In this document: positions 9,241 through 18,193 of the stretch, piece by piece
Position numbering within the stretch: position 1 is the stretch's first letter
Layout of the letters: each line of letters opens with the position of its first letter
Origin: a virus
Taxonomy: Duplodnaviria > Caudoviricetes
IMG/VR virus record: IMGVR_UViG_3300014208_000078
Location: 1 to 39,288 of that record
Strand: one strand, 5' to 3'
DNA length: 39,288 nt
Notes under the pieces: generated by a model
Database searches by the model: none
What the model was told of the DNA's origin: nothing
Seen by the model: only the letters and a program-made list of their open reading frames with translations
Translations under genes and position numbers: made by a program

Positions 9241-9603
9241 GTGAAACGTTTTCTATTAGTTCTATCACTTTTTGGTTCTATGTGTTCATCAAACACACTC
9301 GTGTGTGATGAAGATGATTTTACGCCACTTGAACGACAAAAGATGGGCCAATCAGTTCCCCAGTCAGCTCCTAAGCCTGCTCCAAGAACAGTTAAATTTC
9401 TACCAACAATAGCAGTTAAATTTGATATGCTTATTGATGGTGATTCAATACTTTATGATATGCCTGTATTTACTTTAGATGGCGAGGAAGTTGTCTGCCA
9501 GGTGTGTGGCAGACCTCCATGTCAGATTGAAGTAACGAATGGTAAACTTAAGTGTTTCTGTTTTAATCATATTCCTAGAAAACGTGGTTCATTTTTAGAT
9601 TAA
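9241..9603 (+). CDS. Exported protein with CxxC...CxxH motif
   Basis: Signal peptide 'MKRFLLVLSLFGSMCS'; C-terminal 'CQVCG...CFNH'. Confidence 0.6.
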   Translation: MKRFLLVLSLFGSMCSSNTLVCDEDDFTPLERQKMGQSVPQSAPKPAPRTVKFLPTIAVKFDMLIDGDSILYDMPVFTLDGEEVVCQVCGRPPCQIEVTNGKLKCFCFNHIPRKRGSFLD

Positions 9604-9612
9604 GAGACGATT

Positions 9613-9966
9613 ATGGAATGGATTAAATGCTCTGATAGATTGCCTGTTCAATGGGCTATTGATGGGGTTCCTGGAAAGGATGGCCATACGGTCTTATATA
9701 TTAATAATGATACAGGACTTGATCGTATAGAGTTTGGCAGCTATCTTCCTACTGAAGAAGCTTGGTATGAAAGAGATACTTATTATCCAATTGAATCAAA
9801 GTATGTAACTCATTGGATGCCATTACCTCAACTACCAAAGATACCAGGAGCTTTAGATGAAGATCAACAAAAAGAGTTTGAATGTGATCATATATGTGAT
9901 CAATATGATGAATCAGTAAAAGGTTATTTTTGTAAATGTGGTATTTTTAAAAATAATAAAGGTTAA
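9613..9966 (+). CDS. DUF551-like protein
   Basis: 'MEWIKCSDRLP...VTHWMPLPQLP'. Confidence 0.75.
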   Translation: MEWIKCSDRLPVQWAIDGVPGKDGHTVLYINNDTGLDRIEFGSYLPTEEAWYERDTYYPIESKYVTHWMPLPQLPKIPGALDEDQQKEFECDHICDQYDESVKGYFCKCGIFKNNKG

Positions 9967-9970
9967 TTAT

Positions 9971-10074
9971 GAAGGTGTAAGCCTTGGATTCTTACAAAGT
10001 GCACCTGTAAGAACATTGGTAATGGCGCTTACTGATGGGTTAGAATAATGTGGGTTCGAGTCCCATCGCCTTCA
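9971..10074 (+). ncRNA. tRNA-like element (atypical or pseudo-tRNA)
   Basis: Acceptor stem GAAGGTG/CGCCTTC plus discriminator A; canonical T-arm GTGGG-TTCGAGT-CCCAT; oversized D region; poor anticodon arm. Confidence 0.55.
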
Positions 10075-10093
10075 TATTAAAATAGGAGTAGTT

Positions 10094-10249
10094 ATGAATC
10101 AAAGAAGAAAGAGGCTTAGGTTTGTACATATTCTGGCCTATAAACGATATTGGGATATTGTTAGTGAATATAGGTGGAAGTTTAATGACACGTCTAAAAT
10201 TTTAAATGATAATTGGGCCAATGGTTTAAAAATGACATTTAAGGATTAG
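10094..10249 (+). CDS. Hypothetical protein (51 aa); not in ORF track
   Basis: AGGAG RBS; MNQRRKRLRF...MTFKD. Confidence 0.5.
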   Translation: MNQRRKRLRFVHILAYKRYWDIVSEYRWKFNDTSKILNDNWANGLKMTFKD

Positions 10250-10251
10250 TT

Positions 10252-10482
10252 ATGAAGCTACTAACACTTGCTCTTTTTTTTTCATGTTTATTTACTCCTA
10301 CTCACTCTACTTCAATGAGATATCTTCAGACGATTACGGTTACATTTCCCGGCGAGTTACCTATAGTGTTGGTGGACAATCAGCGCATTAAATGTCATTG
10401 CGGTAAACAGCCTGTACAAGTGCATGTCTTAAATGGTATAGTCTTTGCCAACTGTGCTGATCATCGTATTAGCATTCAGTAG
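10252..10482 (+). CDS. Exported protein, paralog of 9241-9603
   Basis: Signal peptide; 'CHCGKQP...NG...CADH'. Confidence 0.6.
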   Translation: MKLLTLALFFSCLFTPTHSTSMRYLQTITVTFPGELPIVLVDNQRIKCHCGKQPVQVHVLNGIVFANCADHRISIQ

Positions 10483-10523
10483 CCCCAAATGTAATATTCA
10501 CTTTACACTTAGTCGGAGTAGGC

Positions 10524-10958
10524 ATGAGTAAGAAGTATACCGCAAAGCAATATGAACAGATCATTCGAGATGTTTTATGTGGTGCATTAGAGCACATGGA
10601 AGCAATAAAAAGAGAGATTGGTAAAATAGGTCCAATCAAAGAGGATAGCGATCCAAATCTAATGGCTCGCGCAAAAGTAATGCATCTAACGCTTACTTGT
10701 ATCAATGATATCATTCACCCAGCACATAAACTGCTTTATAAGATGTTTTCAGAAGAAGGCTACGAGTCTTACTTTGATGTATTGGTTAAGAACCATAAAG
10801 AGGCTATTGAAAAGAGCATAGTTCCTGCTTGTTATTGTAGTAATTGTGATCCTGACAAATTAAAAGCTAAAGCAAAGTTTGAAGAATTGAGCGCTTTAAA
10901 AAAGGAAGAGAATGACAAAGACATACGTGTCAAAAAGTCTGGAGAAGCAGTTAATTGA
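10524..10958 (+). CDS. Hypothetical protein with CxCxxC motif
   Basis: GGAG RBS; 144 aa. Confidence 0.6.
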   Translation: MSKKYTAKQYEQIIRDVLCGALEHMEAIKREIGKIGPIKEDSDPNLMARAKVMHLTLTCINDIIHPAHKLLYKMFSEEGYESYFDVLVKNHKEAIEKSIVPACYCSNCDPDKLKAKAKFEELSALKKEENDKDIRVKKSGEAVN

Positions 10959-11232
10959 TAGACATGATCTTAGTGGTAAGAAGTTTGGTAGATGGACAGT
11001 TATTTCTTATATAGGGGCTGGTGTTTATGAGACTCAATGTGATTGTGGTCATATGGGCACTAAAAAAACTACTGAGCTTACGCATATGAGATCTATTCAG
11101 TGTGCTCGTTGTAGAAGGAAAGAACTTATTGGTCTTAGAGATAGTAGTAAAGAATCTGGGAATGATGAGTTGGTAAGATCTAAATGGTCTAATTCAATTT
11201 ACTCCATACGCAAAGAGGATTTGGATGAGTAA
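10912..11232 (+). CDS. Protein with the N-terminal Zn-binding module of phage HNH endonucleases and no nuclease domain
   Basis: 'DLSGKKFGRWTVI...CDCG...CARC' resembles the N-terminal repeats of the HNH ORFs at 19129 and 20532. Confidence 0.55.
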   Translation: MTKTYVSKSLEKQLIDRHDLSGKKFGRWTVISYIGAGVYETQCDCGHMGTKKTTELTHMRSIQCARCRRKELIGLRDSSKESGNDELVRSKWSNSIYSIRKEDLDE

Positions 11233-11446
11233 TGTTCAAGTAAAATGGATATCAGTTAAAGATCAATGTCCTAAAGATTATGAAGATGTTTTGTTTGTAG
11301 TGAAGTTTGATGAAGATGAGAGATTTGTAGAAAAAGGTCATAGGCAATCAACAAATAAAGTTTGGGTAGATACATATTTAGCCAGAAATTATCCAAACTA
11401 TATAGTTACGCATTGGGCATCTCTTCCTGAGACTCCATATGAGTGA
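11225..11446 (+). CDS. DUF551-like protein
   Basis: 'KWISVKDQCP...VTHWASLPETP'. Confidence 0.72.
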   Translation: MSNVQVKWISVKDQCPKDYEDVLFVVKFDEDERFVEKGHRQSTNKVWVDTYLARNYPNYIVTHWASLPETPYE

Positions 11447-12803
11447 CGATATAGCTTCTTTCAATCGCTTTGTGCCAAGACCCTATCAAATGCATTTATG
11501 TGATGCGTTCGAATCAGGTAAATATAAGAAATTCTTAACCATATGGCCACGACGAGCTGGTAAGGATATATGTGCATTAAATCTTTTACTTCGTGCAGCA
11601 ATGCGTAAGGTTGGTACTTATTTCTATATCTTTCCTACATTTCAGATGGGACGTCGTATTTTATGGGATGCAATTGATATCTCTGGTAAGCGAATACTTA
11701 CTCATTACATTCCAGAAGAGATAATAGAATCACGCAATGAACAGCAGATGCGTATAAGGTTAGTTAATGGGTCACAAATTCAGATACTTGGTTCAGATAA
11801 TTTTGATAACACTCTCGTGGGTACTAACGCTGTTGGTATGGTCTTTAGTGAGTATGCCTTATCTGATAGTCGTGCCTATTCTTTTTCTATTCCTATTTTA
11901 AAGGCTTCTGATGGCTGGGTACTTATGGTCTCAACTCCTCGGGGTAAAAACTCTTTATGGGATCTATTTAATGTTGCCAAGAAATCTAAAGATTGGTTCT
12001 GTGAGAAACTGTCAGTTGATGATACGAAGCATATTTCAGTTGAAGAGATAGAAAAAGAGATAGCAGAAGGACAGATGTCGCGTGATTTAGCTTTACAGGA
12101 ATTCTGGACAAGCTTTGAGTTGGGTGTTGAGGGATCTTTTTACAGTAAGTACATAGATGATCTTCGTCGCAAGAATCAGATTACTTCAGTTCCTTGGGAA
12201 CCGTATCTTCCTGTTCATACGGCCTGGGATCTTGGTTATAACGACTTAACAGTTATCATATTCTTTCAGCTGTCTGGCGCATCAATTCGGGTCATAGACT
12301 ATTATGAGAATAACAAAAAGGGACTAGATCACTATGCAAAGATCATCAAAGAAAAAGATTATACATATGGTAAACATATTGCTCCTTTCGATATCGCTGT
12401 GCACGATCTTGGTACTGGAGTTAGTCGCTGGAAGATGATGCATGATCTTGGTGTTTCATTTATAAGATATTCAGACAAAGCACCAAGCGTTATGGATGGA
12501 ATAGAAGCAGTTCGTAGAGCATTGCCTAAGATGTGGATAGATGAGCGTTCTTGTAGTCAGCTATTAAAATCACTTGAGAACTACAGACAAGAGTATGATC
12601 ATAAACGTAAGGTCTATAACTTAAATCCACTTCACGACGAGTTTAGCCACGCGGCAGACGGCATGAGATATCTATGCTCAGCATTACCTAAATTGATGAG
12701 CAATAGTGATCCAAAAGAATTAGAAGATAGATATAATAGTGTGATGTATGGTTCAGGTAGCAATCTACCGCCAATGTTTCAAGATAATGGACATAGGTTT
12801 TAG
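11439..12803 (+). CDS. terL: Terminase large subunit
   Basis: PRPYQ adenine-binding motif, Walker A 'WPRRAGKD', Walker B 'MVFSEY', coupling motif 'STPRG', nuclease 'AWDLG' and 'HDEFSHAADGMRY'. Confidence 0.95.
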   Translation: MSDDIASFNRFVPRPYQMHLCDAFESGKYKKFLTIWPRRAGKDICALNLLLRAAMRKVGTYFYIFPTFQMGRRILWDAIDISGKRILTHYIPEEIIESRNEQQMRIRLVNGSQIQILGSDNFDNTLVGTNAVGMVFSEYALSDSRAYSFSIPILKASDGWVLMVSTPRGKNSLWDLFNVAKKSKDWFCEKLSVDDTKHISVEEIEKEIAEGQMSRDLALQEFWTSFELGVEGSFYSKYIDDLRRKNQITSVPWEPYLPVHTAWDLGYNDLTVIIFFQLSGASIRVIDYYENNKKGLDHYAKIIKEKDYTYGKHIAPFDIAVHDLGTGVSRWKMMHDLGVSFIRYSDKAPSVMDGIEAVRRALPKMWIDERSCSQLLKSLENYRQEYDHKRKVYNLNPLHDEFSHAADGMRYLCSALPKLMSNSDPKELEDRYNSVMYGSGSNLPPMFQDNGHRF

Positions 12804-12852
12804 CTAGCTATGACTTAATAAATATCGATATAATTAACTAGCTATGACTTAA
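12804..12852. repeat. 15-bp perfect direct repeat pair, putative operator
   Basis: CTAGCTATGACTTAA at 12804-12818 and 12838-12852, flanking a TATAAT at 12829-12834. Confidence 0.7.
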
Positions 12853-12976
12853 CAAAAAGGACCAAAAATGACAAAAAAACTAAATCACAAATGATTAAAG
12901 AAAAAGAATCTCCAGCAAACAGAAAGAATCAGCTTAGGTTCTTTTGAAAAATATCTTCCAAAGAAAGAAAAAAATA

Positions 12977-13429
12977 ATGTTAAAAGAAGAATTTGAATAT
13001 TTACAAGAAGCAACTAAGCATATTGAAGAGGGAATTGATGATTTATATGGAACATTGCATCAGCTATTAGATATGAAAGATAAGTCTTTTACGATTACTT
13101 TTAAAGGTAAAATATATGACTTTCATCCAGCAACAACTGAAGATGAAGAAGTGAAGATGTATATTCTTGCTAAAATGTTTATCGAGCGTTTATTGATTCA
13201 TGTTATATCGAAGAATGTTAAAACTATTAATAAAGAGCCAGGTACTAGATATGGTTGGGACGATATTTTATCGTTCGCTTCAGGCCCAGATCCAAAATAT
13301 TATCAGTATGAGAAGATTTCGGTAGATCAATTATATGAAGTTAGCGATGAAAGTGGTGAAAAGATAACTTCGTTGCCATTAAATCAAGATAGTTCTTATG
13401 TTAAAGCGCAGGATGAGAGAAATGGATGA
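12977..13429 (+). CDS. Hypothetical protein (start uncertain)
   Basis: ORF between TerL and portal. Confidence 0.55.
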   Translation: MLKEEFEYLQEATKHIEEGIDDLYGTLHQLLDMKDKSFTITFKGKIYDFHPATTEDEEVKMYILAKMFIERLLIHVISKNVKTINKEPGTRYGWDDILSFASGPDPKYYQYEKISVDQLYEVSDESGEKITSLPLNQDSSYVKAQDERNG

Positions 13430-13613
13430 AGTTGTTTGTGGATTTTTAATAATGGGATTTTTGCTTTGGATTGGTAGTTATATTAAGCCGATTGAAAATG
13501 CTATTAACTGGATTGGTTTTTCTTTAATTCTTTTTTGGAGTGCTATAATTTCTATATTTTTATCTATAATATTTCTTCCATTTGCCATAATTTATAAATG
13601 TTTAAAAGATTAA
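13422..13613 (+). CDS. Small protein with two transmembrane segments
   Basis: Two hydrophobic stretches; holin-like size but not diagnostic. Confidence 0.5.
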   Translation: MDEVVCGFLIMGFLLWIGSYIKPIENAINWIGFSLILFWSAIISIFLSIIFLPFAIIYKCLKD

Positions 13614-13625
13614 TGGATAATAGAA

Positions 13626-13934
13626 ATGATAAGCAAGATAGTCAATTGGCTAAAAAATAAAAGATTAATTCGCTCACTTGATGTTACTTCTGTGCCATTT
13701 GTTCCAGTAGCGCAAGAAGATGTTCGTGCTAGGACTGATGTTAAGAACTTTAATAAATCATTTGATGCTCAACAACAGCAGATGCAAGCTAGGGCATTAG
13801 TAGCTCATGAGCCTGGATGCGATGTGATCTCGTGTAAGAAGAAGACTTGTTTTAAGTTTGCAGCTGATAAGATAGTGAAAAAGACTACTGTTAAAATGAA
13901 AAGAAATAAAAAGGATATGCATGGACAGATTTGA
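13626..13934 (+). CDS. Hypothetical protein
   Basis: 102-aa ORF in operon context. Confidence 0.55.
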   Translation: MISKIVNWLKNKRLIRSLDVTSVPFVPVAQEDVRARTDVKNFNKSFDAQQQQMQARALVAHEPGCDVISCKKKTCFKFAADKIVKKTTVKMKRNKKDMHGQI

Positions 13935-14292
13935 ATTAATAAAAGAGACAAGAAATAAATTAAAATCTTTGGGTAAGCATTATACGGGTTCAGATATTTT
14001 TGCTGAAATTAAAGATCTGATACTCAAGCCGCTTCCTGATAGTTATGTCCAAGCTCAAAAGAAGGCTTATGACTGTGCTTCAAGTGCTGATTGTAATATG
14101 AATTTGTTATCTTTTGATAGTTGTGAAATTCATTCAAGCAAGCCAGCATTCTGTAGTATTTGTGAAGAACTTCAGCAAGAATATGAATTAGAGTTACTAG
14201 CTGATTGCTGTCAAATTATAAAAGAAGATAATGCAGAGCTTAATTCAATAAAAAGTCGTAATGCTGCTAGAGTATTATCTGTTAATGGATAA
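13921..14292 (+). CDS. Hypothetical protein
   Basis: 123-aa ORF, Cys-rich, AAGGA RBS. Confidence 0.55.
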   Translation: MDRFELIKETRNKLKSLGKHYTGSDIFAEIKDLILKPLPDSYVQAQKKAYDCASSADCNMNLLSFDSCEIHSSKPAFCSICEELQQEYELELLADCCQIIKEDNAELNSIKSRNAARVLSVNG

Positions 14293-14316
14293 TTATTCTA
14301 TATAAGGAGATTAATA

Positions 14317-16560
14317 ATGTTATTTCCCCAATTGGGCCCGGTCTACTATTCAGAAAAACATCAAAGTATATTGGCCAGAATGGAAGCGTTCTATGCAGAG
14401 AGTATAACCATAAATCAGTCTTTCTGGGCTGAAGCTGATACGGATACTCGATTTGAGACTGGTGATCAGACTTTATGGAATGATTTATATGGCAATCTTC
14501 CGGCTAATCGGGGAAGACAGTTTAATTTCAATCGTATTCGTCGCGTAATCAATATGATCTCAGGTCATCAAAGACGTAATCGTAAATCAACTATCGTTAC
14601 TCCAGTTGAAAATGGTGACGCTGAAACAGCTGATCAGTTTACTAAAGTCATGATGTGGATTAACAATCAAGAAAACGTACTTGATACTATAAGCGAATCA
14701 TTTCATGGAGCACTCGTTACTGGAATGAATCTACTTCAAGTTTGGGTAGATTATAGAAGTGATCCAGTATCGGGTAACATAAAAGTAGATAATTGTTCTT
14801 ATAATAGCTTTTTAATTGATCCCTATTTTCGAAAAGCTGATCTATCAGATTGCAATGCTTTATGGAAACGGTCGTTTTTAACTAAGCGTGAAGTGATCTC
14901 ACTACTTCCTGACCAATCAGAAGAGATCATTGGTCTTGTTGGTAATCAATCAGGTACTGGGAGGGATGGTAAATTTCAGTTCATAAACTAGTGTGAACTA
15001 TAAACCTTCTCTGATTGACTTGGAACTCCTTAGGGACAACAGGGCGGAAGCGAAAGCACCGTGAACGACTGAGTGAGAGGGCGCCGAAAGGTGATGCGAC
15101 AGTCTGAACTCTATAGTAATATAGAGAGGGAGATTCGAAGAAGTCTCCCCGCCACATAAGTGGTCACAAAAGTAACAGATTGGCCAGAATCATACAACTA
15201 CGGATATAAGAACTTACTAACGTATGATGAATTCTATTACCGTGATTATAGAACCCAGAAGATGCTATGTGACGCAGAAACTGGTGAGACCATGGAATGG
15301 AAAAGCGATAATCAAGAAGGTCTTGAAGCTTTTCTTATGCAATATCCATCAGTTACTGTTATAGAGTCTGAAGTACCAACGGTTAATCTTGCTATTGTTG
15401 TTCAAGGCAAGGTTATGTATGACGGTCCAAATCCAATTGGTACTGATAAGTATCCATTTGTTCCAGTGCTCGGTTATTACAATCCCCAGATGCCATATTT
15501 TCCATGGCGTATCCAGGGCGTTGTTAGGGGTCTTCGTGATGCTCAGTATTTATATAACCGAAGACGTATCATTGAACTTGATATCTTAGAGTCTCAAATT
15601 AACTCAGGCTGGATTTATAAAGAGAATGCTTTAGTTAATCCAAAAGATGTATTTATGTCTGGTCAAGGAAGAGGTCTTGCTCTTAAAGAAGATGCACAGA
15701 TGTCAGATGTTCAACAGATTATTGCTCCTCAAGTACCACCATCAATGATCCAATTGTCAGATTTACTCGCTAAAGAAGTTATGGAAATATCAGGGGTCAA
15801 TGAAGAATTACTTGGTTCAGCGATGGATGACAAGGCTGGTGTGTTGTCTATGCTACGACAAGGAGCTGGTCTTACAACGCTGCAAACGCTTTTTGATCAA
15901 CTTGATCGGTCTCAGAAGTTGCTGGGTGAAATAATAATTGATATAGTCCAAGCAAACTTTACTCCTGGTAAAATTAAACGAATCTTAGAAGAAGAAGAGC
16001 CGACTCCTCAGTTTTATAACAAGGCGTTTGGTAAATATAATGCAGTTGTTGAAGATGGTCTTAATACAAGTACACAAAAACAAATGCAATTTGCTCAGAT
16101 GTTACAGTTGCGTGAGGCTGGTGTTCCTATAACAACTCAAGATCTACTTGAAGCGGCTACTATCCAAGGTAAGAAGAAGATTATGGAAAATGCTGCTAAA
16201 CAAGAACAGCAAGCTCAGCAAATGCAGCAAATGCAGATGCAGTCTCAAATGCAACTGCAACAAGCTCAAATGGCAGATATGGAAGGTCGTCGGCAGGCAA
16301 ATATTGGTCTTGCGCATGAACGTGATTCAAGGGTTATGGAAAACTATTCTATGGCTGTTGAGCGCGAACATAAAGCAAATTCAGAAGATTCTGCTGCTGC
16401 ATTAGATCGTGTAAAAGCTCTGAAAGAATTAGAGTCTATGGATCTGACTCATTTACAAACACTTGTTGGATTGCTTTCTGGTTTGAAGGATCAAGAGACA
16501 GCTCAGTCTGAACAGGGAATGAAAAAAGTAGCTGCACAACCACTTCCTCAACAAGGATAA
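14317..16560 (+). CDS. Portal protein (P22-like), spliced: join(14317..14984,15183..16560), 681 aa
   Basis: 'FNFNRIRRVINMISGHQR' and 'YPFVPV..Y...GVVRGLRDAQYLYNRR' motifs, with a Gln-rich C-terminal barrel. Removing 14985-15182 gives in-frame ...KFQF-M-PESYNY... Confidence 0.9.
14985..15182 (+). ncRNA. Group I intron in portal gene (198 nt, no ORF)
   Basis: 5' exon ends in U and pairs AGUUCAU/GUGAACU with a U-G wobble; P3 CCUUCUC/GAGAGGG; P7 GACUG/CAGUC; terminal G; excision restores the frame. Confidence 0.9.
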
Positions 16561-16687
16561 AATAAGAACTTTACTTATTTGAGCGTACGACTTAAAACTA
16601 ATATGTCTCTACCCACTCGTGGGAAAATAGATAGAGGTAATATTATTAACCTTGTAGCTAATGACTACAGTGTCTGAAAGGTCCAAT

Positions 16688-16891
16688 ATGGCAAAACGTA
16701 AATACAGTTCAGAAATCAGTGAAAGCAAATCATCTATTGCTAATCTGCCGCAAAGTGAAGCATATAGACCATGGCCTAAGTCTGGTAACTATGAAGATTA
16801 CGGATTAGACGATACTATTTCAGGTATCGATTCTCAGATGAATGAAGATGGCGCTAAAATGAAAAGACATATTCAACCTGGTAAATATTAG
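16688..16891 (+). CDS. Small hypothetical protein (possible virion component)
   Basis: GAAAGG RBS; MAKRKYSSEISESKSSIANLP... Confidence 0.65.
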   Translation: MAKRKYSSEISESKSSIANLPQSEAYRPWPKSGNYEDYGLDDTISGIDSQMNEDGAKMKRHIQPGKY

Positions 16892-16914
16892 CACACTAAT
16901 GTGTAGGACCTATT

Positions 16915-17079
16915 ATGGCTTCTAAATTTGATGATAATTACAAAGATCCTAGAAGATATCTAGAGCGTAAAGACTTTGAGATGATCCCTAAAAGTAAATC
17001 ATCTCCTGCTAATCTTGATCCATTTGGCTTCCAAAAAGAAGTTGTGTATGAAGATGGCAAAAAGTTTGGTGCAAACTAA
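16915..17079 (+). CDS. Small hypothetical protein (54 aa); not in ORF track
   Basis: AGGA RBS; MASKFDDNYKDPRRYLERKDFEMIPKSKSSPANLDP... Confidence 0.6.
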   Translation: MASKFDDNYKDPRRYLERKDFEMIPKSKSSPANLDPFGFQKEVVYEDGKKFGAN

Positions 17080-17104
17080 CACACTAGTGTGTAAAGGAAT
17101 TACT

Positions 17105-17254
17105 ATGCCAGCTGCTCCTCGGATCAAAGGTAAACCTGCAAAAATAGCTTTTTCTATTTTAGGAATCCCTGCAAACTTGAAATATAAGAAGAATCGATTT
17201 CAAAAAGAATTAGATCGCAAGCTTCTTTCTCAAGAGACTCAGAGAGTTCGGTAA
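17105..17254 (+). CDS. Small basic protein
   Basis: AAGGA RBS; MPAAPRIKGKPAKIAF... Confidence 0.6.
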   Translation: MPAAPRIKGKPAKIAFSILGIPANLKYKKNRFQKELDRKLLSQETQRVR

Positions 17255-17316
17255 TAGAGTATTGGGAGAGATTTACACTCATTGAGTGTCACCTCTCCCT
17301 TTTTATTGGAGATAAT

Positions 17317-17454
17317 ATGGCAAAAATTAAAAAAGTAATTAAACACCTTAAAGGTGACATTGAAACTTTTAAACATGAAGCTCATGAAGATAAAGAGCTT
17401 ATTAAAGATTTGAAAAAGAAATCATCTAAAAAGAAAAAGAAGTCTAAGAAGTAA
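17317..17454 (+). CDS. Small Lys-rich protein (45 aa); not in ORF track
   Basis: GGAG RBS; MAKIKKVIKHLKGDIETFKHEAHEDKELIKDLKKKSSKKKKKSKK. Confidence 0.65.
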   Translation: MAKIKKVIKHLKGDIETFKHEAHEDKELIKDLKKKSSKKKKKSKK

Positions 17455-17487
17455 TCTTTCTTTTTCATTGCTTCATTCTTGCTCTCT

Positions 17488-17522
17488 CTGCCAGCATACT
17501 TACACGTGCTGGCAGTTTTTTT
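17488..17522 (+). terminator. Rho-independent terminator
   Basis: CTGCCAGCA/TGCTGGCAG stem followed by T7. Confidence 0.8.
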
Positions 17523-17646
17523 ATGTTACTATATAATTCGATTGACTCATCTTCAGTCAAGATGGTCCTTTTGGGGGAGTTGTGAGGTCGTTGTGGTGAT
17601 GGCTAGATATCCGCAGCTCCCTTTATATAATTCATAAAGGAGATAT

Positions 17647-18180
17647 ATGAACAATGGCCAGACTATCGGTAAGATCGCTTCAGATCTACTTTTAAAGACA
17701 CCAGAGAGCAATGATCCAATAGAAATACAACGTGCAACTGAGAATGAATATTTACAAAATCTAGAATGGTGTGTTCAGCATGCTTTAAAGAGAGTTGACT
17801 GTAGTTCTGTTGCAGGTCATGATGAGTGTAAGAAGCGAACTGCTCTTGAAGGTGATTTTTATGTGGCTGCGCTCTTAAAAAAGGAGAAGTTACTAGAAAA
17901 TGTTTTGCGTAATTACTTTATTGCAACAAAATCTTGTCCAACTCCAACGTTCGATCAAACGATTTATAAATACAACTCTGCAAAAGACGCAATTGAATTT
18001 TTATGGGTTGTTCCAGATCAAGAAACGGCGCTCACGCTCAAAGAAAATAAACAAATAGTGGTTCCAGCAGAACGTGGTTTACTCCAGTTCGTTTTAGATT
18101 ATTATAATGGTAATCTTCATAGGGTTTGTAAGAAACTTAATGGAGAGACGATGAATGCAGGATCAGCTTTAATAGTATAA
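17647..18180 (+). CDS. Hypothetical head-module protein
   Basis: AAGGAG RBS; 177 aa; upstream of the scaffold gene. Confidence 0.65.
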   Translation: MNNGQTIGKIASDLLLKTPESNDPIEIQRATENEYLQNLEWCVQHALKRVDCSSVAGHDECKKRTALEGDFYVAALLKKEKLLENVLRNYFIATKSCPTPTFDQTIYKYNSAKDAIEFLWVVPDQETALTLKENKQIVVPAERGLLQFVLDYYNGNLHRVCKKLNGETMNAGSALIV

Positions 18181-18193
18181 AAGGATTTTAAGT

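Noticed and set aside
12868-12996. Possible TGA read-through or alternative genetic code suggested by an RBS-led ORF with an early TGA
   Set aside because: TGA, TAG and TAA all act as ordinary stops in well-supported genes (e.g. RusA ends in TGA, TerL in TAG), so the standard code fits.
15160-15182. ORF-track start of a separate 466-aa protein (MVTKVTDW...), and similarly the starts at 21693 and 22171
   Set aside because: These starts lie inside or at the edge of introns and lack an RBS; they are exon fragments of the portal and capsid genes.
16604-16682. Hammerhead-like ribozyme in the hairpin-rich leader after the portal gene (CTAATGA...GAAA)
   Set aside because: The CUGAUGA core is imperfect and sits in a hairpin loop, and the three-stem hammerhead topology cannot be built; it is probably just a structured leader.
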